A DNA stretch of 64,000 bases, taken from NCBI GenBank assembly GCA_964036045.1, contig OZ038378.1, positions 171,430,001 to 171,494,000 of the forward strand, written 5' to 3'. How positions within the stretch are numbered: the stretch's first letter is position 1; every line of letters begins with the position of its first letter. This document shows, in pieces, positions 47,301 to 57,700 of the stretch. Both the position numbers and the translations under genes were made by a program. This stretch comes from Eutreptiella sp. 'Long Island Sound 2002' (taxonomy: Eukaryota > Protista > Euglenida). The notes beneath the pieces were generated by a model. The model ran no database searches. It had not been told where the DNA came from and saw nothing but the letters and a program-made list of their open reading frames with translations.

Positions 47301-50300
47301 GAAGGTATTCGGCTGCCAGTGGTGGATTGATGTGAAGATGGGGTGAGTGTTGGGGCTATGTGGTGGTGTGGGCCCAGTGGTATGGCTGATGTCTGACGGG
47401 GAGAGCGCAAGCTCTCTCTGCAAGACGGGCAACATAGCCTCCCTCTGCAAGACGGACAAGATAGCCTGCGATAGAAAGAAAGAAAATTGCATGAAATGGG
47501 TCAGTGTCCACAGGAGTAGAGGGGAAATCTGTAATTGGTTCCGCCACTCCAGATCGGAAGGACACTGCACACCTGGGGGGGGGGGGTGCAAATGAGGACA
47601 ATGAACATGCAGGGGGGGCACCGGACAAATGTGGCAGCACACACAAACACACACAGGACACACACAGGCAAGAGTATGACACAATACCACTGTGGTTTTG
47701 GCACCGAGCCCGTGCTCATCCCCGCTACTCCAGCTGCATCCAATGGGACGGCTGCAGAGACCTACAAATGTACATAGCACCGCATCACTATGTCATCCAC
47801 CCCCAGAACAGCTGGTAACCAGCGTGCCTCTTTAACTGCTTGTTACGGCATGTGGTACTGATGAGAGTACACAGTCACTCAGATATGCGTGCAACATGTG
47901 AGCCTGTGGTTTCTCTTTTTTCTACTTTGCATGTAGGATCTAAGCCTTCACCTACGTGTGTGTGTGTGTGTGTGTGTGTGTGCAGGCATGTTCCTTGCCT
48001 GTGCTCTTTGGCTTTCGGGGGTGTTCTGGGTTCTTGCATTGTGTGTGTGTGTGTCTCCTACTTCATTTTATGTATCCCATCCAGATATGCACGTAGTGTG
48101 GTGATCTAGGGGATTCCTCCACAGGCATGTGAGTAATGCTGTGGCCCCATAGCTATTCCTCCCTCCTAGGTCAGGCAGTGGGCAACGGGGACGCATATGG
48201 GGTCATGGCATACCTTTGGCAGAATATCCCGCCCCTCTATGTGCTATCCGGTGGGCTTTGGGAGGGAAGTAGGGACCGCCCCCCCCATTTTGGGTTCGGG
48301 AAACACAAAAATCATGTTTTAGAAGTGAATAGGATGGTTATCAGTGGGTATTTGCCCCTATAAAGGGTTCACGGTGGCTAAAAATAGGATATGACACCAC
48401 TACTAAGATCCCAACCAAAGTACTAAAAATAGGTAAAATTGTGGTCCAAACCCCTAATACTAGCCCTTTCCACCCCCAATATTAGGTTGGGGGACATCGA
48501 AATGGACAAGGGTACATGAAAAACTCTGAATTGCTATGTTATTGGCTGTATCTAGGGGTGGTGTGGGTTATTTTTAGTACTCTGGTTAAGATCCAAGTAG
48601 TAGTGATGTCATGCTCTATTTTTAGCCATCATGACCTCTTTCACGGGCAAATACCCACTACTAGCCCATTATTTGTAAAACCTTTTTTTTTTGGTTTCCC
48701 AACCCCAATATGGGGGGGGGGGGGGGTCCCTACTTCCCTCCCAAAGCCCACCCGATAGCACATACAGGGGCGGGATATTCTGCGAAAGGTATGCCGGGGA
48801 CACTTATGAGCACGCTCATGACTGCCATTGATGGTTTACACTAGACACCTTCCTTGCTTCATTGCTTTAGAAAGGCACCTAGCCTCATGATATCCTAGCA
48901 CGATCATTACTTCTTGCTCTACTTTGTTTTGCTTGCTCATTGGCCTGATGAGGTGTTCACAGAAGTGACAGACCGGTGCTCTTTGTGCCCGTTGTGCAAG
49001 TTGTTCCGTCGTGCAAGTTGTTCCACGTGTATCCACATTGGGAGGTTGTGTTTGCCTTTTGCCGCACAAGTGTGTGGTGTTGGCACATTGCCCATGACTG
49101 CTTGGCAGTGACGTTTGGCTCTCTAGTATTATGCTGCTGGAATTACTTCATGTACCCCTGGCCGTGCTGTTGCACCACCGCGCAGTACTATCCGGTGCTA
49201 TCATTATTGTGGTACGGCAGCAATAGATGCCACCGCCGTGGCTACTACTCGGTGTAGGGCCCCGAGGTGCCTAGCAGCAATGCTACCCGCCATGGTGAGC
49301 GCGGCCCTCCCCGCTCCCATTGCTGGACATGCAAATGAATCCCAGGTGCTAGTCCCCATCGCCGGGGAGACCAATATCTTGAGACGTGCATGACATAGCA
49401 AAACGGGTAACAGAAACAAGCGAAGTCAACCGTGTCTCCAATGATTTCTTTGTCACTCTTTGATAATTTGATTGAGTCTTGGTTGTTTAGACGAGGCAAA
49501 CGGCGATTTGTGTGCAGCTTGCTCCCGATTTCGAGACATTTGTCAATTCTCCGTTTGCCATTTTAGAATCCATGGCAATTTCCCACTCCTCCTTTGATGT
49601 GTACGTCACAGGCATGAGCCACGCTGGTTGCAAGGTGCCGGAAGGAGGGAGGGATATCACAATGCTTCCACGTGTCTCATGGGTGCGACTTGAGGGCATA
49701 TAGTGATCGAGCCTAACCACGGAGCCACTAGAGGCTGTCAAGGCTTGGGCTCATTTGGTCTATATAGGGGTCACTGCATCAACCCTGGTCACATGCCTTA
49801 GGAAACAACTGACGCCACTAATTTTCAAGGCTGCTCCCACCGTGTAGCGGCCTATTTTCCAAGTAGACAAAACAAATGGGGCATACTTGATCCCAAGTAC
49901 ATGTGTGATGAATGGCTCGCCAACATCCGCTAAGCATCATTGGTGCCATATTTTTAAGAAGTGGGCATGCAACGACGTCCCCCTAGCATTAGTGCCAACG
50001 GCGATAGCAATAAATCACGGGGCTGGCTAAACTCGCGGGTCTTTATAGTCCTAAGACCTCGTCCTAAGGGACTAAGGATGCCAAGGCGATCCTTGACTAT
50101 GTGCGCCTGAACTGGCTTCTAGACAACCTGCATTACCTCGCCTCCCGGCTGTTTGTGCCCCCATACATAGTAGAAGTATAATGGCACCTAGCATTGAACC
50201 AAGGCAAAAGTCAGCCATCCACACAGCTTGCAGGAAAAGGCCCAATTTTAGTTGTGGGCCCAACTTGGGAAAGGCAGACCCTCAATAAGCCCGTTGTCTG

Positions 50301-51679
50301 TGGCAACCCAAAAATTGTATGTAGAGGATTCAACAAAGAGGCTGGAAAATATGATAAGTTGCAATCTCAAACCCCTTACATTTCGCCAAGCCATGGACAT
50401 CCCACGGGTGCACATGAAGATGGATAGGTCACGTGGCTCTCATTCCTATTGCCATTTGGTTCCTAGATGACTTATTTGTGACCTAACAATTGTGTGCCTC
50501 TTATAGGATGTATGGTATAGGTCCCACTACTTGAATATGTGTCAAACATGGCACAAATATCCTCTTTTCTTCCCCCTTTGCACTCTTTCCTCCCACCTTC
50601 CTTGTAGCCAAAAACTACTACCTGTTTGAAATGTATATTGGTCTGTACAGCGAGGGTCGGTGAGCACTTCTACATGCACACGTTCGATAACGGGAGGGGT
50701 CATGTGGGCATTTTGCCGCCACTGGGTACGGGGGGAGTGTTTCCTGAAAGATGAGGGTTACCCTGAGGCCATCATGCCGCCGGCCGTGGCCACACAAAGT
50801 ATCCGCCGTGACATTCTACATCAGGGTTGGGAGCAAAAATTTGTAGGCCAATTGGCCGTCTTATACTTGGCTGGGAAGGCAAAAAGTTTGACAAAAGTTA
50901 CCTTGCTATGGCGCAGCATCACTCCCCTCCCCCAACCATTCCTCGCCAAGAACTCTCTTAAGGTTGCTACCAGAGCCAATACTACATTCTTGCACCCTCT
51001 CAGCGGTGAAATCCCGTGCACTTTCATTGCACATAGCATCAATGATGTGGCGGCTTGGTACCATTAGCTTGAAAAAATTGGCTACGTTGTATTAGTGAAG
51101 TGGGCAATAAACATTAGTTCCATGACGTCAAACCCAAAGCAACATTTTTCGGAAGCAAGTCACCAGCTGGCAAAACACCAACGATAGTGTATGCATGAAA
51201 TCACCCAGTCCACGATCATTGCTTCTTGCTCTGCCTTATTTTGCTTGCTCATTGGCCTGACGAGGTGTTCAGGGAAGTGAAGACTGGTGCTCATTGTGCC
51301 CGTCCTGCATTTTGTTCCACATGTATCCACATTGGGAGGTTGTGTTTGCCTTTTCCCACACAAGTTTGTGTGTGTGTGTGTGTGTGTTTGTGCAGCAATT
51401 GGCACTCCTCATCTGTGCTGTTCGGACTTGTCATGTTTGATGCTGCCTTTTCTACCCTCATGGCCTGCAATAATTTTTTCGCTCAAGTTTGAAGCTGCGA
51501 CATATTTAACATCCTCAGGCTAGTATTTCAACAAGACCCAGGTGCCAGTTGGGAGTTGCAACTTGTGCAGTAGGGGCCCGTCAATTACGAAAAGAGCATG
51601 GCTAGTATTTGTTGGATTTTCCATTTGTTGTGTGTGTGTTTTTGTGCGTGTGCTGGGTTTTGGTCGCCTTGCGTCATCT

Positions 51680-51711
<32 letters not shown>

Positions 51712-54700
51712 GCCAAGGTATGTATCCCATATTGCAAGGACCTGCCCAGATTCACAGGTGCCCACAGGGCGTTCTCATGACTCGCGTTTGTCGTTCTTGT
51801 TTGGGATCGGAAGGCCAAAAATATTGGGCATGTGCTGTCCGCTACCAACAGAATAGCTAAGCCCATGAAAAAGCACCATTGCTGTTCACAGAGGCGACCA
51901 CTAGGTTCTGACAGGAATCGATTTCTCAACCAAAATGTTTATGCTTTTTCATGCTGCCATGCACTTGTGTCCTGGATGCTGCTGATTTCAGGTTGGACTG
52001 TATTGCCACGGAAAATACTGATGCAGTGTAAGACGCAGCAATGGTGCAAACAACAAGCGCTGTGGGATGCCCGGCCCGCCCACCCGCGACAAGACCCGGC
52101 GGGAAAGTGCTCGTGGTGGTGGTATACGTGGTGACGAGCAGTAGTGGAGGCAGTAGCATATCTACCATTGTACCATCTCGCTTGACACCATTCAATAGAC
52201 CTACGTCCTATTCTCTGACAATACCTAATCAGCACAATTGACGGATAAATATACTCGGTTCATAAGTCTCGTTCATGGTATGTACCTAATGCTAAGTGAC
52301 ACCTTGTTTAATGAATGAATTTCAGTGCATATTTCATGCTATTATCACATCAACAAAATTGTGCGGCACCAAGAATATCAACGCATGCTACACTAGCTAT
52401 GCACAACGTCTCCTTTTGCCTCTTAGCAATCAAGTAAAAAAGAAAAAATCAGAACAAGAAAATAACACATCGAGCAACAGTAGTTTACCTATTTTACACA
52501 AAGCAAAAGCAAAGAAAAAAAAAGACAAAAAAAAATAAAGGATAACCCAATTGATGTCATTAGCTTTGTGACTAGGCTTGGGAAGGACTCGCTATGCTCC
52601 TCCTTCCCAAGCCTACAAAGGCCGAAAGTATCAGAAGTTTCGCCGCGTACGTTTATTACGCTGATTTTAGTTGAAAACCATGATTAAAAAACCCGATTTT
52701 CAGGCAAAATGCGTTCAAGGTGGCCTATGACCGGTCCCCATATCTCGTTACAATACCTCTTCACCTTTCAAACGAGCCCAACGGTTCGTTCCAACTCAAC
52801 GGTATGATGGAGAACGACCTCCGACAAATGGGACCATGAACTCCAAATTGCTACTTTTCACCAAAATGCAAAACCCCCATTGCTTATAACTCCGGGCCAA
52901 CGGGGCTTGAATGGGCAAACAATTGATCTTTTGCATTCTTCTGGGTCCAAATAACTCCATTATGCTTGGTTGAGGACTTGGTTACCTATGTGCTTCCAAC
53001 CTAACTACGTGCCGACGGGTACACGTTTTGACGTGGCAGGGTATGCACAACATACACCTGATTTTACCTAAAAATGACCACCAAAGATGCAATTTTCGCA
53101 AGAAATGGGTGTGAGACGGCCTGTGACGGGTCCTATTATCCTTTTAGGACATGTTCTCAGCTTTCAAACGAGCCCAACACTTTGTTCTAACTCCACGGTA
53201 TGTTGGAGAACGAGCTCCGACGAATGGACCCACAAACCGAAAATGTCCATTTTTGACTAAAATGCGAAACCCCCGGCTGATATATCTAGGGGCCAATGGG
53301 GGTACACCGGGCAAACTAATGGCCTTTCCCCTCCTTCTAGGTCCAAACTACTCAAATATGCTTGGTTGAAGTCCCAAGGAAGCATGTGGATGCAACCGGA
53401 ACTCCGGGGGGGAGACCCATGATTTTGGTACGCAGGTGTTGTGACAGCACCCAAAAACACAGCTTAAAAAGCACGTATCTTTGAGTTTTCGCCCCCATGT
53501 GCTCTCTATAGAGGCCATAGGGACGTAACATTGCTTATACCCGTTCCATTGGACCCATACGGGACTAGTTTGCACAAAGGTTGAATCTCTAGGCCGGGAT
53601 ATAGCACTTTGACAAGGCTGTACAATGGAGACAGCAACCTTATCTAAGTACTGTTTTTTTCTACCTTTTGTACCCTCTTTCTAGGCATCAAGAGGAGGCT
53701 AGAGGGATCAACCTTGGGCATTTTCACATCATTTGGATGCAAATGAACTTGGATTGTCACTTGGTTCGTTGCTAGACCCTCGTGGTTTCGCTACAACAGG
53801 CCTACGAAACAGGCCAAAATGGCCAAACTGAGCCTACTGTATAAAAACCTAAAAAAATCATATCTTTGGCCTACCGGCTCGAATTTTGATAAACCGAAAG
53901 CCAAATCTGGGTAGTTTTTGACGCTGAACACGAATATTGAGTCAAAACGTCGGCGTCGAACAGCCTGCTGCCGGAAATCGACGATCGGTGTTCCGAAACA
54001 GTGATTCGTGCAGTTTTGCGAAACACCGATTTTACAGCATTATTCGGGCTTTAAAACCCTTCACATTCATGGTCTTAAATCGAATTTTCGTCAACTCTAG
54101 CTAGGTGCTGAGTTCAACAGGAGAAATGTCGGCGACAGCCATTGGTCACGCGTGCGCGCCGATTTTTGACCAGAAATCCGGATTCTGGCCAGTAAAAAAA
54201 AATCCCCGATATACAACCTTGTAGGGCCCGTCCTGCCATCCACAAATGTGCCTTCGGTTCGTCCAGAACTTCGTCCGTTGCCACCATTACGGCAGGGCCA
54301 ATCCGGCGGGATAATCACCGGGGTCAGCTTTACAGCTGAGCGTCGCAGGCGGCCGCGGAGGCCCCTCCCCCGCGGCCGGACAGCGAACGGCGGGCCTCAC
54401 GGCCCCGGGGCAAAAATGCATAGGAGGTTGGGATGGGAATGGCCATCTGAAACACTGCAAGATTGGTTTGATTGGGACCTTCCAAAAAAGGGATCATTAG
54501 TCCAGGCTGATACAATACACAAATACACACACACCGTTCGATGTGCATTGATTTTCTGCGTATGTGCGTGCGTGCGTGCGTGCGGATGGGCGTGCGTGCA
54601 TTTGTGCATGTGCATGGAAATCCAGAGTTTCAACAAGTATACCCATTGTTCTTGCTCACGTGTGTGTTGAGCGAAATGCTCATTGCTGGTGCTGGGTATT

Positions 54701-57700
54701 TAATACGGGAACCGGTTTTTTTTTTGCAATGATTCCCCTCTTTACTTTGAGCGAAATCTAGGTGCATCTGTATCCCATCCATCTGCACAGAGGTACAGGC
54801 TCATGGATCCGAAATGCCTCTGTCATGTCTTCGCCAACGGCAACATCACCATAACCGGTGTTAAGGTATGGCTCCGGCTGCAAGGGTCATGTGCGGTTGC
54901 ATGGATTTGGGGTTTTTTCGACCGCACATGCGCATGTGTAGTAACCAGAGGCACCTTTTGCCGGGGCAATGCAGGAATTTATGTCGCTAGATGTTTGTAC
55001 AATCAATGCGGCTGAGAAGCAGCATGGATTTCAGCCTTCCTTGCCAGCTGCTGTCCTTGGATCCGGATCCCTGGATGGGGTGCGGGTCAGAAAGGCAACT
55101 CAATTTCGATCCAACAGCAAAAAGAGGAGCATGCAGAACATGCGAAGAGGCAGTAAGGCATATTACTTTTGGGGACCGGGTTGCAGGTGCTAGCCACATG
55201 TTGGTGAGTCTGTTTTAGTTAGATGTTTGATGTCATAGCAGCGAGCGCTCGAGGACATCTTTTTTTTTTCATGATCTGACTCATTGCTTGTGCCTGTGTG
55301 CGTGCGCACGTGCACGTTTGCACGTGAAGAAGTTGGCCACACATCGTACGATGGGCACAGCTATTTAGCACATATCGGCAAGAATTAAAGGATGCGTTTT
55401 GTCTCCCTAAGAAATCAAAGCAAACCATGACTTCACAGCTTTCACACCCACCAGCCCACATGCCTCTTATGCCCACGCTTCCAGGCTAGACGCTGCAAGA
55501 CGTGATTGTGCACCCTCCTGTGGTCACAACACCCCCAAGACCACCAAACACCACTTCAACCAAGGCACAGTTGGCATTGGCAGGGGTAGAGGCAAGTGGT
55601 TATACCCTAGGGCTGGTTTTTGTGAAGTCAGACTTTCACTTGGGGCACAGGGGGTCAATAGAGCCCCCCCAAACACTGGGGGGGGGGAATCTGGGAAAAG
55701 GGCTCAATTGACGGGGAGCATTATTTCCATTGGAGGTGAAGACCCAAGAAGGAAAGTTTTGTCAAGTGGCCTGCTGCAAAAATATCCATGATGGACGCAT
55801 TGCCACCACATGCTCCTAGAACGATACAATGTATGGTTCTCCCCAGGGTATGTGCATCAAGCAGTAAGTATGCAGTTACCCTTGTTACCTAGGTAGCTTG
55901 AGAGTTACCAAGCTGGGTCTTGCAGTGGAGGTTTTACAACCCATTTTGCGGTTGAGCAATGTAGTTTAGTAGCAGCAAGCAGCAGCAAGCAGCAAGCAGC
56001 AGTAGCAGCAGCACGTAACAGGCGGTTCAAAACTCTTTGTGGGGGTGCCGTGGCTCAAAAATGGCGTCCAAGTTGCTCAAAATGACCGCGGAGGAAATGC
56101 GCATCACCTAAAATAAGTTGTGTGTGGGTTCGAGGCATCAAGCCTGTTTTATGGACGATTTAATGTCCAAAAACGGCCATTTCCAGCGTATTTTCAGGAT
56201 GATTGCCGTGGTCCCATGTGGTGGTCTGTTTTGAGGTGAAAATGAGCAGTTTGTTTTCCGACGATCGTCCTGAAAGTCCAGAACGACCACCAGTGTGTCC
56301 TGTGAGCGTCTCCAATGAGGGCTGTTCTTCTTCCATGGCAATTGGGCCATTGGGCTATCAAATGATCAGTCAAAGTCGCAACTCTTGATAACACTCTTTA
56401 GGGTGCGGGGTGGAGAGTATGAAGTGCAATAAAACAAATGCACACCAAGCTTCCAAAGCACTTCAAAGAGGTTGTTAGATCAAGTGCAGGCGGGTATTTT
56501 AGGGTGGTATTCACATAGCATCCCCTGAGGGGTTAAATGTCAGACATTTTACATGTAACATCATCATTTTATGAGACAAAAATATCCCCTGAAAAGTTTT
56601 TGAAATTTGGGCCTGCCAAATCCCTGAACGGACCACCGACTTTTTTGGGAGGGCAGTCAAAAAATTTTTTCTTGACCCTCCCCCGGTTTTGCTCAGGACC
56701 GCAGATTTCTTGGATTCCTTTGATTCGAGGCCCAAAAAGTTTTGGACCTCGTTGTATAGGGACTGGGGACTTTGAGCAGTTTTTAGGCTGTTCAGTGGTA
56801 TTTGAAATTTTTTGAATTTGACTTTTTCCAAGACCCTTTTGTGGGCTCTCGGATGCGTTTGGGTCATCATTTGGTGACATGGGTACTCTAGCACCCATGG
56901 GGACCCACATAGTGACTGCTCACTCAATGCAGGCAGGACCATGGGCCCCGAAGCCCCTGCTGTTTCAGCCTGTTCAGTGGCAATTTTCCAAAAAAAAAAA
57001 GGCCACTGCAACCAGAAATTGTTTTCAACAATTTTTTTTTGAACACAAGAATTTTTTGAACAAATTTTTTTCCAACAACAACTTTTCCAACAAAATTTTT
57101 TTCATACAAAAAATTGTTTTTCTACACCAAACATGTTTTCGCAACAAAAGTTTGTCCCCAACAAAAATGTTTTGGAAGAACAAGTTAATTTTCAGCAACT
57201 AATTTCTGCCAATGGAATTTTTTCCACCAAACCATTGTTTCATCAAAAAAATTTTCTGACAAAAACTTGGTGTTTCCAGCGAAGAATTTTTCTGCAAAAC
57301 AAAATTTTTTCTCAACAACAAATCTTTTCCATCAAAAAATTTTGGAGTAAAACTTTTTTGGACAAATCTTTTTCTAACCAAAACTTGCTGTTAAAATTTT
57401 GTTGCATCCAAAATTGTTGCAATAGAAAATTTTTCCAACAAGGAGATTTTCCAACGAAATTTTCTCAACCAAAATTTTTTTCGTAAAAACACTTTTTTCC
57501 AATAAATTTTTGCCCAAATAAAGAAGTTTTTCTAACTGCTGTTTTAGGCTGTTCAGCGGCATTCTTGAAAATCTTTCTGTGTGCTGGGAAATGGAAATGG
57601 GTCGCTGGGTGCTTTGTTTGCTAGGAATTGCACAGGTGGCAACACCACGATTTATGTGTGCGGTATGTTTGCCAAAAAAAATCAGGTTTCCCTCAGGCAT

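Noticed and set aside
46126-47304. Alternative in-frame exon chain 46126-46191, 46369-46426, (46739-46837), 47204-47304
   Set aside because: The splice sites and phases work, but they would interrupt the gap-free TBP alignment given by 45591-45689, 46739-46837 and 54791-54865. This shows that phase-compatible pseudo-exons arise by chance here.
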